Origin: Octopus sinensis
Taxonomy: Eukaryota
Reading direction: 5' to 3'
Length of the DNA: 64,000 bases
Assembly: GCF_006345805.1 (NCBI RefSeq)
Contig: NC_043012.1
Coordinates: 10,230,001 to 10,294,000 of the forward strand
Positions within the stretch are counted from its first letter, which is position 1, and the number at the start of each line of letters is the position of its first letter. The notes below the pieces were generated by a model that saw nothing but the letters and a program-made list of their open reading frames with translations, did no database searches and was not told the origin of the DNA. A program made the translations under genes and the position numbers. Positions 13,430-25,768 of the stretch are shown here, piece by piece.

Positions 13430-13530
13430 TATATATATATTATATATAGGAATATATATATATATATATTATATATATATATCTATATATATAATATATA
13501 TATATATCATAGCAGAGAGAGAGAGAAGTA
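13075..13530. repeat. Compound (TA)n/(GA)n microsatellite block
   Basis: Directly visible. Similar blocks at 5395-5560, 8595-8735, 42570-42780, 47998-48390, 51980-52185, 55960-56185 and 63525-63680. Confidence 0.95.
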
Positions 13531-13938
13531 AAGAGTTATAAAGATAAATTGTATGTAGGGAGAGAAGGATTTGGGTAAACTACAGAAATACGAGTCATTG
13601 AGTAAGAAATGTTTCCGTTAAATTGATGTGTTTGTGTCTGTTGTGTGTGTGTATGTGTGTGTGTGTTGTGTGTGTGTGTACAAGCTACCTCACTAGATAT
13701 TTAGATGTCCCGAAAACTAAATCTTTCGAAACATTGAACATTTCCTTGATATGATGTATTCAAGATGCATCTCAGCTAGTTGTTTACTCTACGTACACAT
13801 AAAAATGTAACACCGATAAACTGCTGATACTTTATACACGGTCGGGGCTTAAATATCTCGCTTAAATGTACTTGTGAGTGAGTCTATCTCTCTATGTGTC
13901 TGTCTCTCTGTCGTTATCTTTATCTATCTATCTATCTA

Positions 13939-14057
<119 letters not shown>

Positions 14058-14064
14058 ATGCTTG

Positions 14065-14263
14065 TGTAACTGTGTTTGTCTCCCACAATCTCTTGACAAT
14101 CGACGATGTTGTGTTTACGACCGCGTACTTTAGCGGTTCGACATAAAATATGGTTAGAATAAGTACTAGCTTCAAAAGAATAAATCGGGGGATCGACTTG
14201 TTCGACTAAAAGTGGTACTTTAACATAGCCGCACTCAAATGCTAAACAATGAAATGAAAGAAT
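14065..14263 (+). mobile_element. Decayed 3' half of a family-A SINE
   Basis: tgtgtttgtc...cttgacaatcga...ttagcggttcg...tagaataagtactag...ttcgactaaa. Confidence 0.7.
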
Positions 14264-14324
14264 ATATATGTATGCATGTATTTACATATACATTTACATT
14301 CATACACGTACAAATGTGTGTGTT

Positions 14325-14356
<32 letters not shown>

Positions 14357-15684
14357 ATATATATATACAATATACATATATTTATATATAAATATATATA
14401 TAATACATATATGTATATGTATATATAAAAGACACACACACCCACTATATATATATATATATATATACACTCCTACAGAATTATCTATCATACTCTACCA
14501 CTCTCAAAATCATAAATTCATATATGTATATATGAAGTTGCAGACCGTGATAGATAATTTGGTGGAAGTGTATATTTGATGGAATAAAATTTTGTGCCCC
14601 AACGTGCGACATATTTTCAGTCCCGGGAATGACAAAATCAATGTCGCCTCTAGCCTAATAAAATTTTGTTCATTTGATAAGTTATTTGTCCACTAATTGA
14701 AAAAGCTATCATTTTTTAGACTGTGTAGATCATTGTATCTGAAGAATGTGTCCGAGCAATATCAACGTCGTTTCCATTACAATTTATGGCTTCTCTAATC
14801 AAAGTTGGCAAACGTTGTGCTCTAGTTTCGAAGTGTTGTTAAAAATGTGGTAGATGAGCATCGAAAAAGTATTTCCTTTCCTGAAAACTACATTGATTTA
14901 CATAGAAAGTAAAGTACAAACTGAAACACGAAAGTAAAAATTGAAACAGGAAAGGAAATGTTAAAATTTAATTTGAAATATTCTTCATTCGTTCGTTATA
15001 GATCTCGTCGTGTTTAAAATAAAGTGTTGAAATTGTGCAAAGAACTTTTAAAAGAGGGGAGATTCTGTGTTCAATATTTCACCAGGTGTTTCAGTAATCG
15101 GCAATTACTGATAAAATTGCTGAACAATCAATTTTGGTCAATCTGTGTACAGTACATTCACTTAACTAGATTTCGAATCATTATTCGAAGGCAAATCTTT
15201 AACTTTTCTAAATTAAGTGAATTTAATGCATTCTCTATTGCCAATATATCAATTGCTCCCTCCCTTTAAAGCATTTAGATTAAACTTGAAAAAGAAATCA
15301 TACACAGAAGAAAGAATTTCTACACGATGTAGTTATCGTTGTACACGCAATTTATACATTTATCGATTAATTAACATGATGTCTTAAAGAAGGGCATCTT
15401 TAGCATGCAAGATTTCACTAGGACAACATGAAAACTCTCCTGAACAGAAAGAAAAAATCACTGATATTGAATATCTTCCTCTCTGAATGCTTTTCCCACT
15501 AAATACCTAATTTACTTTTAATTTTCTGATTTCGTTTTGTGAAATCTTTCGTTTTGCAATACACTTCATGAAAGATTGTGTTAAAGCTTTGGTATTCCTA
15601 GTCGATGAAGAGAATAGACGTTAAATTTTATTTATTCTCGGTAGCAAATCAGCCTTCCAGTAAGGATATGGTGGGATATAAATA

Positions 15685-15840
15685 GAGACTGGGTGTATTG
15701 CAAGAAAACTGCTTTCCATTCACGTGGTGTGAGGTTCAGTCACGATTTGTGGCATGTCGGGCATGCGTGTTCTAATATGGCCCCAGGGCTAATAAAGCCT
15801 ACTGAATGAATTTTATGGACAGAGATGAAAGCCTGTTGTA
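15685..15840 (+). mobile_element. Decayed 5' half of a family-A SINE
   Basis: ggttcagtcac...gtggcat...aaagcct...aagcctgttgta, followed by (TA)n as in the intact copies. Confidence 0.55.
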
Positions 15841-15842
15841 TG

Positions 15843-15886
<44 letters not shown>

Positions 15887-15950
15887 ATATATATATGGGG
15901 GGTTGTGTGTGTGTGTACGTGTGTGTATATATATATGTATATATATGAGC

Positions 15951-16223
15951 AACGAAGATGTACAGGTGTCAAGTCGTTACGGCTGTTTCAAGCGACAACA
16001 TGAATTGATTAATGGAAACTTTACATCATTTGAAAGAAACCGTTCTCGTTAGATAACCGCATAGACTTCAAACGTAAAGGATAAAACAACTGCATTTATC
16101 CTATGTGCTTGAAGTATATACAATCATCTGAGAAGAGCGATTTCTTTCAAATGATATAATGTTTTCATTAATTAATTAAAGGACTCGCTTGAAACGGCCG
16201 TAAGGAATTTGCACATCTTCGTT
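15951..16223. mobile_element. (TA)n-embedded palindromic element with a degenerate hammerhead motif in each arm (Penelope pLTR-like)
   Basis: Arms ~15951-16056 and ~16125-16223 are diverged inverted repeats. Plus arm: CTGAGAA-GAGCGA...TCGCTT-GAAA-CGGCCG-TA. Minus arm: CTAACGA-GAACGG...TCGCTT-GAAA-CAGCCG-TA. Confidence 0.75.
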
Positions 16224-16506
16224 TACATATATATATTTTATTCACGTACTTTGGAATTTGCACTTCGGAAATACTATAGAAAGTATCTTTTATAAAGTAC
16301 ATATCTGCTCTAACAACGGCGGATCTACTCAATCAGCTGGTTGGCGTTGTCTGCGTGCACACAAGAATATGAAGTGCAACCACTCCTGCATAGACTTTTC
16401 ATATTTAATATTCAATTAATATTGTTCGGGTGTGCAGATTAAGAAGCTACTTTAATTTAAATACCTCATTCAACGGAATCTTAATGATATATATATACAG
16501 CAAGTG

Positions 16507-16546
<40 letters not shown>

Positions 16547-17081
16547 CACACAGACACAGACATATATACTTATGAAGTAAAAACAGCCCTAGTATAATAA
16601 ATATTATTTAAACGTTTATTTAATGTATATGATTTGTGTATTTAATTTATAAATTAAATAAATAAATAAATGAATATATTTTTCACAGACCTTTGATAAA
16701 TATTAGAAATAGTGATAGATAAAAAACAAAATAAATCTACATTAAGTGCATGGATATAAACAACTTAGGAAGCGAACCCATATATACACACACCTTCACT
16801 TGAAAGACGCAACAATATCAACAATACGAATAACAACGACAGCAGTAACGGCGGTGACAACGATGACAATAGCAGCAACGACAACTGCCACGATAGCAAC
16901 ACCGTGGGTGAATACACAAAGACTGACAGATACAGGAACTCCACCAAATTTTCGGGTCCTAGAATAGCAGCAGCAGCAGCAGCAGCAGCAGCACAGAGGG
17001 ACTTGTGGGGAAGGCCATACTACTGCTCAAAACAGTGACCCACAATGAGTGTGCGTCTATGTTCGTGTGTGTGTTTGTGTG

Positions 17082-18307
17082 TACACAGGTATGACAGAAG
17101 TAAACATTCGCACTTTAGACACCCTTATAATCGTTAAAATATATTTAAATCTAAAAATATATATTTAAATTATTTATAAATTATTATAATGCCAATATCT
17201 AATATTTAGTGGACACGCGCATTGCATTTTTCAATGCAAGGACACCATTAGGCTACAGATCAGATGACGATTATTCTCTTGAGGCATTTCTTACCAAGTT
17301 TCGTGCACTAATCTCAAAGCATCTATCTTTGAGGATGGTTTCTTGTTCTTTATATGAAATGTCCTATCCATTATGCCTCAGAGGTATTTAAAAGATCATA
17401 TCTGGTGACTGGCTAAGCCATGGGAGCTTTTTAGTGTCATTCTCTTCTTCCAACAAATTTTGGATCCTTTTAGAGTGTGACAAGGGACCCGTAAAGTAAA
17501 GAGTTTTCTTAAATCATTTCACCACTGGAGAAGATTGGAAGGTGCCCTTTCTGGAATATGGTCACATGTTTATCTGAGTATATGTTTCTATCACACTGAA
17601 CCAGCTCTAATCGACCATTGCTCCAAATTGCTCCCCAGACCATTACAGTGTAGCTGCGGTGTTTCACTGTTGGCGGCAATTTTTCACGTCAAATTCTTGA
17701 TCACAGAGTCTCCAGATGCACACTCGACTACTGTCCGACAACACAGCAAATTTGGACTCATGAGAGCCTCTCCACCTCTCCACTGGCCCAATGTTTTCTC
17801 CGCTTGATATTGGTTGGTCGAAGAGAGGTGCCTTCCTTCTTGCTGCTCTGGCATAGTGGCCATGTTTGTGGAGATACATGGCAGCTGTTTTAAGAATGAA
17901 AGCAACCTATTCTGCCATGTCAGAGACCGTGAAACAAAGATTATCCTCCTTACTTCTCTTAACAAAGCGAAGTATCCTGTCAGAGGGCCCTAGTCGACCT
18001 GGGTGCGGTGATGTGGTCTCTTTCCCCTCTGGTGAATTGCGTAATCATTCTATTAACTGTCGAAATCAGGATCTTAAGTTCTTCTGGGATTCTGCGCTAA
18101 TTCTACATCAGATTGACACACAATACGTCTTCATTTAAATTCGGACACTTCCGACGCTTGTTTTCTACATGGCATGATTAAAAGGTTGCTTATAGACGCT
18201 GAAACATAAAGATGTAAAATAATAAAAAACTATAAACCTACCCAAATTAAAATACAAGTAAACCAATGTTTTATGAGGTGTCTATTTACTTCTGTCATGT
18301 CTGTGTA
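17082..18307 (-). mobile_element. Full-length decayed Tc1 transposon with TIRs and TA target sites; transposase pseudogene ~18175 to 17199
   Basis: Ends TA-cacaggtatgacagaagtaaa and tttacttctgtcatgtctgtg-TA are inverted repeats with 2 mismatches. Minus-strand frames give PGR, ARRK, SHESKF (SDESKF), TVKH..VMVWGAI, LPWLSQSPDM and a C-terminal STKY*. Confidence 0.9.
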
Positions 18308-18512
18308 TAGAACGTCCACTGGCAGGGCTTTTGCTAAGTTTCCCCATAAGCTCTTATATCCATTGTACTTTAAGAATGAAGATCATATCAATGGCAATCG
18401 ACTATAAACTTTAATAGCTATACATTTTTTCTGTACGTGTGTCATATACTAATTTACATGTGATTATCACAACACTTTCAGTAACGATATCTTAAGTCTG
18501 GCTGTCTCATTA

Positions 18513-18700
18513 AGGCGGCCAGATGGCAGAATAGTCAGCACAGCGTACAAACTGTTTAGCAGCATTTCGACTATCTTTACGTTTTGATTCAAAATCTACC
18601 GAGGTCGTCTTTGCCTTTCACCCTTTCGGGATTGATGGTATAAATACCAGTTAAGCACTAGGTTTCGCTAGCCTTGTGCCAGAATTTGAAACTAATGCTA
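18513..18700 (+). mobile_element. Decayed family-B SINE
   Basis: aaggcggccagatggcagaat...ccgaggtcgtctttgcctttcaccctttcgggattgat. Confidence 0.75.
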
Positions 18701-18842
18701 GTCCTCATTTCTGGAGAAGTATTCAAACTATTCACAAGATGTCTATGAGAAGCAGACTCAAATGTTCGAGCTTGAATTATTTTCCCTTTATCTGCAGTTA
18801 CAATTCAGCATACGTTTACTCCCATTGTAGTCCAGCAATTAT

Positions 18843-18901
18843 TTTTAATGGTATAATCTATATTTTAATGGTATAATCTATGTTTTAATGGTATATCTAT
18901 A
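18843..18901 (+). repeat. 20-bp minisatellite, 3 copies (ttttaatggtataatctata)
   Basis: Directly visible. Confidence 0.9.
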
Positions 18902-19357
18902 TGTTAGGCTAAGGACAACAGTGGGAAATAAGCGCTTGTCAAAGTGCGCATGGTAATGTTTTTGTGGGCAAAGATTTTCTAGAATAAACATAACACAGTC
19001 AAAAACGTTATTGACAGAAACAGACAGCAACTAAATATTTTTCTGTGTATAGCATCGTAGAATTTTTAAGAAATAAAAAATTTGTCTATGTAAATCAAAT
19101 TTCAGTTTTCTTTCTGATTCTTCTTATAGTCTTTTACGTGCGTTTTATTTACAAGAATTAGAATTTAGAACTATTCTCAGTTCTTTTTTTTATATCTAGA
19201 TATTCCCATAGATTACTTTAGGGCATAAATGTTACTCTGCATGAAGTTGTATAATACGGTTCTTTCTATTTACTCTCCAGAATCAGCAATATATCAGCAG
19301 ATTAAGTAGGTTTTGTAGCTCATCCAGTAATATATAGTATCAAAATATATATAATTC

Positions 19358-19497
19358 CGGTTTCTTTCAAACGGATGCACTCACAAGGATCTGGTTGGCC
19401 GAAGGACGTAGTCATTTACCCAAGATGCAACGTAGTGGGACTGAACCCAGAAGTATGTTAGGAAGCAAAAGTCTTATCACATATACACACCTGCGCC
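19358..19497 (-). mobile_element. Decayed 5' part of a family-A SINE
   Basis: cactcacaagg...cccaagatgc...agtgggactgaaccc...cacacctgcgcc matches 4383-4514. Confidence 0.7.
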
Positions 19498-19689
19498 TCC
19501 TCATATACATACATACATACATACATATATATATATATACATATATATATGCCTCTTTCTCTCTTTCTCTCTCCCTACACACACACATTTATAATTCCTT
19601 ACAAACATATGTATATATATGCATACACCAACACACCCAACTACCCCTCACATATATATGCATACAGAGAGAGATGGAGAGAGGAAGGT

Positions 19690-19748
<59 letters not shown>

Positions 19749-20263
19749 AGCATGCACATACATGGATACATACATGCATACACACACATTGCAGTCAACA
19801 ATCAGTCTACTTATACTTGTCTTCGAGATATATTTTGCTATATTTTATTCTCTTCTGAAAGCATGTAAGAAATTTTTTTCTCATTTTTGCAAATTTAATT
19901 ATCTCAAAAGTAATTAAGTTATTTCTTAATTGCATAATTGCTCAATATTCAAACGCAAGAATATGGTGCATGTTTAATCTATAGACACCTGGCCTTTTGT
20001 GTTTTACTGCAATGGATTCTGTCTTCATTGTATAAAGGTAAATCCAGTTTTGCTTTGCTTTCATTATATTTTTGTCATTAGAAATATTCAATTGTTGCCA
20101 ATATTATTACATCGAATGGATACTACATGTAACCTTACATGCATTAATCTCTTTAAGACACATTAAATCTAATTCTAACTTGATCCAAGCACGAAAAAAC
20201 GACTTTTAAATGCGAACACGACTTTAGGAAAATATTACATGTATAAGTTCGTCTCCTCTAATG

Positions 20264-20651
20264 TAGTAGGAGCACTCCATCGGTTGCGACGATGAGGGTC
20301 CCAGCTGATACGATCAACGGAACAGCTTGCTCGTGAAATTAACGTGTAAGTGGCTGATCACTCCACAGACACGTGCACCCTTAACGAAGTTCTCGGGGAT
20401 ATTCAGCGTGACACAGAGAGTGACAAGGCCGGCCCCTTGAAATACAGGTACAAGAGAAACAGGAAGAAAGAGCGAGAGAAAGTTGTGGTGAAAGAGTACA
20501 GCAGGGTTCACCACCATCCCCTGCCGGAGCCTCGTGGAGCTTTAGGTGTTTTCGCTCAATAAACACTTACAATGCCCGGTCTGGGAATCGAAACCGCGAT
20601 CCTCTGACCGCGAGTCCGCTGCACCTAACCACTGGGCCATTGCGCCTCCAC
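20264..20651 (-). mobile_element. Intact tRNA-derived SINE, family C, with a 9-bp TSD
   Basis: Minus-strand head gtggaggcgcaatggcccagtggttag (A-box-like) and ggtttcgattccc (B-box-like). TSD cctctaatg at 20255-20263 and 20652-20660. Confidence 0.9.
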
Positions 20652-21052
20652 CCTCTAATGACGAGTGTATGAAGAATATAGCATTGCTTTCATGTATCAG
20701 AATTGCTAACCACAAATGCATTGTATTATACGTTTCCTGAGAGGTTTTCTTAATAAATATGTTGACATTTAGATGAAAATTACTAATACAATTAGACTAT
20801 AGACGTTAAGCAACAGTTTAGAATATGTTTTATTAAGCCAGAATTTTTTAATCCTTGTGCTTAATAATTAAATGCATTTATGGATATGATACGAAAATTT
20901 AGACAATTGCATCCTGCAGTGGCAGAATGAAACCACAAATTATCGTTTCTAATTAAAAACAATGTACTGAGCAAATTCTTTAATTCATTTAGAAGCCTTC
21001 ATTCATCGATTGATACATGATAATATTTAACAGACAGTAATTCGTAATTAGC

Positions 21053-21091
<39 letters not shown>

Positions 21092-21092
<1 letters not shown>

Positions 21093-22207
21093 TTTTTTTT
21101 TCTTCTTTCAAATTTGCTTCCATTTCTTGCCGAGTGTCTTCCCGACTCCTATGGCAAAGAAACTCATAGTATACATTGGTAGGCCATTAAACCAAACTCA
21201 ATAGTTCGTTCATTTTTTTTTTTTTTAAGTTAAATTAAAATACATGCGCAGCAACAGTTCTCACATCGACAATGCTCTTCTCAATACGTGTGATGTACCA
21301 GTTAAGACAATCTTTTGCACTTCTTGCAGGGATGGTAAGCCAGGGATCATTCTCATATAATTTTCGGTTTCCTTCTTGATCATTCCTAGTGCTCCTACGA
21401 TCACTGGTATTGTAACCGCCTTGAGATGCCACATTTTCTCAATTTCAATGAGTAGGTCTTTATATTTTCTGACCTTGTCAAACTCTTTCGCTGAGATATT
21501 ATGATCACAGGGGATGCTCATGTCGATCAATAAGCAAACTTTATTGTTTTGGTCTTTCACAACATCTGGTTTATTGGCCTTGATGGTTCGGTCTGTATGT
21601 ACTGGAAAGTCCCACAGAATGGTTACATTTTCTCCTTCAGTTACAGCCTCAGGGTGGTGATTATACCACTTGTCGGCAGTTTTGATATTGTAATGCCGAC
21701 TTATTAGCCAGTGGAGATATTGGCCAACTCTGTCATGTCTTAATTTATACTCCACTGGTGCTAAGATTTTACATCCAGAGATTAGGTGGTCCACTGTTTC
21801 AATCATGTCGTTGCAGAATCGGCATTTTGGGTCTGCTCCATTTTTCATCACATTGGCTTGGTAGTTCCGGGTTAATAGGCTTTGATCTTGAGCAGCCAGG
21901 ATGAAACCTTCGCTCTCTGCTTTTAGCCCTGAGCTCCGTAGCCACTGATGGGTTTGCTTCTGGTCAACATCAGCTTGTTTGCTGCGGGTCACATATTTGC
22001 CGTGCAGAGGTTTCTCCTCCCACCTATCAGCCAATTGCTCGTGCGCTTTTTTCATTGCCATCATTTTCACCTTCTTTGCAACAATAGTTGCCGTACTTCC
22101 CTCGGGTTGTTCAGTTTGGGTATCCTGCACGAGATCAATAGCAAATTTTTTGCTTTCCTTTATGATAGAATGAAGCTTCTTTCGTCTCTCGTGATTTTCC
22201 ACGAGCT
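21092..22207 (-). mobile_element. 5'-truncated R4/Dong-type non-LTR retrotransposon inserted in (ATT)n
   Basis: Contains ORF 21261-22202 plus a 3' UTR with a stem (ttgcc..gag / ctcggcaa) and an A-rich end. (ATT)n lies on both sides (21054-21090, 22208-22296). Confidence 0.9.
21261..22202 (-). pseudogene. C-terminal 313 aa of an RLE-type LINE polyprotein (CCHC zinc knuckle plus restriction-like endonuclease); RT domain missing
   Basis: W..KPLHGKY, LKAESEGFILAAQDQ, CRFC...ETVDHLISGC, RHD, ILWDF, KPD, IDMS, K..KY and PVIVGALG are R4-clade hallmarks. The frame is uninterrupted, but the start is a truncation point. Confidence 0.9.
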
Positions 22208-22212
22208 TATTA

Positions 22213-22249
<37 letters not shown>

Positions 22250-22298
22250 TTATTATTATTATTATTATTATTATTATATTATTATTATTATTATTAAT

Positions 22299-22549
22299 AT
22301 AAACTTAGATAAACTTAGATATGTTTTGACCAAAGATTGGTCCAGGCCATGTCTAACTTAATAGCACCACCTGATACGATTATTCGAATCCTGTTTAAGT
22401 CAAGTTTAGTTTAAGTCAAGTTTTGTTCAAGTAGTGAGTTCTTGTTGGGTGAGTTGTATCCAATTATGGGTGGCTTATCTGGTATTCTTTGAAGGAATCT
22501 ATCCAGACTCTGTTTAAAGTTGATGGGATCCTTTTCCTCTTTGATCTCC

Positions 22550-22550
<1 letters not shown>
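22299..22550 (-). mobile_element. 3' end of a CR1-group LINE
   Basis: Minus frame EIKEEKDPINFKQSLDRFLQRIPDKPPIIGYNSPNKNSLLEQ fits the FK..LD.FL..IPD.P...GY ORF2 C-terminus. Tail of tandem 10-mers (+ strand ataaacttag x2). Confidence 0.7.
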
Positions 22551-22592
<42 letters not shown>

Positions 22593-22593
<1 letters not shown>

Positions 22594-22772
22594 GCAGAAT
22601 CGCTAGTGATTTCGATAAAACTCTTAGTGGCACTTTGTCTGGCACTACGTTGTGAGTCGACGTAAACTTTTATGATTTCGGGATAGATAAAGTACCAGTC
22701 GAGCAGTGGGATCGATGCATTCGACTTACGCACTCCCCACAAAATTTCAGGCCCTGTGCCTCGAGAGGAAAG
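22593..22772 (+). mobile_element. Decayed family-B SINE within (ATT)n
   Basis: gcagaatcgctag...ttcgggatagataaagtaccagtcgagcagtgggatcgatg...ccccacaaaatttcaggccctgtgcc. Confidence 0.6.
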
Positions 22773-22992
22773 GATTATTATTAGCAACGTCGTTACCGTT
22801 GCTTCACAATAATACCTCCGAGTGTCATTATTTTTTTTATTACAAATCTCGTCAAGCTCACTTAGGTTTGCCATCTCGTCGAGTGGTGTGTAGTGTGGTT
22901 TGGTGTGGTAGGGTTAGGTGATAAAGTACCTGTCAAATACTGAGCTCGGTCACATCGACTGATCTATTAAATTTTATGCGTTCCTTTTTGTG

Positions 22993-23001
22993 TTGCTGCT
23001 G

Positions 23002-23073
<72 letters not shown>

Positions 23074-23117
23074 TTACTACTACTACTACTACTATTACTA
23101 CTACTACTACTACTACT
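22993..23117 (+). repeat. (CTG)/(CTA)n microsatellite
   Basis: Directly visible; source of the poly-Y ORF. Confidence 0.95.
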
Positions 23118-23206
23118 CGGCCTTGCCATGCCACTTTCAGCCTAGATTACTGCGCTATTTGTCCTCTTCAAGTATTTAATACTTAGAAAATTACTGTTTG
23201 TAAATC

Positions 23207-23373
23207 TCACAACGAGAGATATTCAGCAACAGTACTTAGGATTAAAGATTATTTGCCAACATAACATGGCAGTCCTGGTTTAAGTTACAGCAACATTCGT
23301 CCTAAACCGAGACTGCCATGTTATGTTGGCAAAATACCTTTATTTAATACTTTTCTGATAATTCTGGTTGTGA
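23207..23373. mobile_element. Palindromic MITE-like hairpin (~170 bp)
   Basis: Core arms tttgccaacataacatggcagtc..ggttta (23252-23282) and taaacc..gactgccatgttatgttggcaaa (23303-23333); weaker complementarity extends out to tcacaac/gttgtga. Confidence 0.8.
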
Positions 23374-23586
23374 CAAGGCGGCGAACTTTTGGAACGGCTC
23401 TACCACACACTCTATTCCCATTTTCTTTTGATTCCTCTCAATATCTTTTGATTGTGTTCCCATGTCGCATGCAGTGGTCGGGACCACACTATCTTCACTT
23501 CCTCATATTTTACTGTTGGGTCCGTATTTAAAAAGGATTGTGGACGTCTACTTGCTTGCCTTCCTCTCTGTTTCAAATGGTAGAAT

Positions 23587-23661
23587 GGCAATTCATCGAT
23601 AGACAGTTGGCCGACAGACAATTGACCGACAAACAATTGGCCGACAGACAACTTACAGATA
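23587..23661 (+). repeat. 15-bp minisatellite, 5 copies (gacaattggccgaca)
   Basis: Units ggcaattcatcgata, gacagttggccgaca, gacaattgaccgaca, aacaattggccgaca, gacaacttacagata. Confidence 0.85.
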
Positions 23662-23945
23662 CAATATTATCGATACTTCTGCATGTCGACTTAATGTCCA
23701 AGCAGCCAAAGATCGAATAGTATCGCCATTCAGAATTCTCGATCGCTACTTTCGGACGATTATGTTCCCTGTTTGTGTACATGTGTTCATTCATGTGCGT
23801 TAACTACAGCATTCGACTATTTTACCTACTATTTCTAGCAACACAGGTGTTTCCTAATACCCTACTCACATCTAGAGATAATCATAATTCTCCTATTTGC
23901 TCAATTATTGTAAACTGTTCTTTATATTAATTCTGTATAAATATA

Positions 23946-24258
23946 GGAGCAGGTGGGGCTGTGTGGTAAGTATCTTGCTTACCAACCACATGGTCCCAGT
24001 TTCAGTCCCACTGCGTGACACCTTGGACAGTTATCTTCTACGATAGCCTCGAGCCAACCAAAAACTTGTGAGTGGACTTGGCAGGAGGAAACTATAAGCC
24101 CGTCGCATGATATGCTTACGTCTCCGTGCCTTAGCGGTTCGGCAAATGGAACCGATGCAATAAGTAGTAGGCTTACAAAGTTCTGTGGTCGATTTGCTTG
24201 ACTAACTGCTCTGCCCCAGCATGGGTGCAGTCAAGTGACCGAAACAAATAGAAGAATA
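23946..24258 (+). mobile_element. Diverged, internally deleted family-A SINE
   Basis: ggagcaggtggggctgtgtggtaag...ttcagtcccactgcgtgacaccttgg...cttagcggttcggcaaa...gaccgaaacaa. Confidence 0.85.
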
Positions 24259-24264
24259 TATATG

Positions 24265-24597
24265 CATTAAAAATCAGTCCTGTGATATGCGAGAGACTGA
24301 CTGGGAGTACAATGTTTGTCTTCGCCACAGATGGAGGAAGCAGATTCAGGAGGGGGTCGACACTTTTGAGAGAAAACGTATTCTGCATGAAGAAATTAAG
24401 CGTGGTGCTCAAAAGCGCACTGCTGGTATAGTGAATAGAAACAGATTGGTCTGCATTGTTTGCAGTTGCGTATGCTTGTCAAGAGCAGGTCTCATTAGCC
24501 ACCAACGGAGCCACAAATATAAAACATAATTTAGTCGTAGAGCACATAACGTTCCTGAAGGTCAGCAAGGGAGTTCCTCGGTCACGAGTAGACAGCT

Positions 24598-24600
<3 letters not shown>
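24265..24600 (+). mobile_element. 3' end of an RTE-clade LINE (C-terminal C2H2-like finger)
   Basis: ORF 24287-24529: WE.....R.RWR..I..G...FE and CIVC...CLSRAGLISHQRSH, typical of RTE ORF ends. Short UTR running into (TA)n. Confidence 0.8.
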
Positions 24601-24678
<78 letters not shown>

Positions 24679-25768
24679 GTGTGTGTATATATATTTCTGC
24701 TGCCTTTAAATAAAGTATATTACTCTACCTCTGGTATTTGAGTACTCTTTTTTCCACCTTGTTTCACATTTATGTGCTTACTCAGATATATATATATATA
24801 TATAAAGTAAATTTCGGACGTGGTAAAGTTAGCTTATAATATATACATATATATAATACTTAATCGCCGATTTTTGTACTAATCCGAAGTATTGCAGTAA
24901 ATATGTATGTGTGTGTGCACGCGCATGTGTGTGTCTGTACGTGTGTTTATTCATCTTCATTTGTTATATCAAGATAACTAATTGCTTAATTACTTTTGGC
25001 ACATTTTTGAAATCTCATATCACACGATTTCTTAATTTCTACTTCAAAAATCTTGTATTCTTATGTATTTCGACTTCGATTCGCGTGAAATTCTGTCTCG
25101 CTGAAATATAGAAGTCTATGAAGGTGCTTAACTATTCGTTTCTTTAATTTATAATCAGAAATAAATCACTGCAGTTAATTACGCAGACGCCATCCGCATG
25201 AAAATCGGTATTTGTATTAGTATGAACATTTAATTTAGCAGTGATTAAAAAAATGTAATTAAAAACTACTTATACGCTGAGAAAATGAACAACAATAAAT
25301 TAATACAAGACTATTTCTAAATCTGGCAAGAAATCAACAAATAAAATATGTGAAATAACTTTGGACATATTTCGCTCTTATCAAACTTCCTCAAATACTC
25401 AAAATTTCACCCACATTTATAACAGTTAATTAATTGTTAACAATATTAATGTTATGTTGTTGGAATACCTCATTAAAAATACTCATGTTGATTAAGAACT
25501 CATTATCACAATAAATACTAATTTATATAATTAAAAGAGTGAGAATAAATGCAATGACGTAGCTCTCCATTCATTAATATGTTCAACCATATTCCATTTG
25601 AATATGGTTATCTCCTTTGTTCTTCGTCTGCTTAGAAAACTCCCTTTAGGCGATTTGTCCACAACATACCGGAGTCATTGGCTTGCTGGAATACTGAGGC
25701 ATCACAATGCCTCGCCTTCTATGTGTGTCTTCATTTGAAGCTACACCAGATTAATAAAAATAAGCATA

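Noticed and set aside
14530-14880. Possible very old mariner fragment on the minus strand (DIARTHS resembling DNARPH)
   Set aside because: Similarity is too weak and there are no TIRs.
15360-15460. Good-looking minus-strand splice acceptor (tttctttctgttcag)
   Set aside because: Short frames, no recognisable protein and no partner exons.
20560-20651. tRNA genes at SINE heads
   Set aside because: The A/B-box-like heads continue into SINE bodies with tails and TSDs, and no complete cloverleaf is evident.
23587-23661. Regular short repeats as a CRISPR-like array (also 54019-54385)
   Set aside because: Units are contiguous with no unique spacers, there are no cas genes, and the context is eukaryotic.
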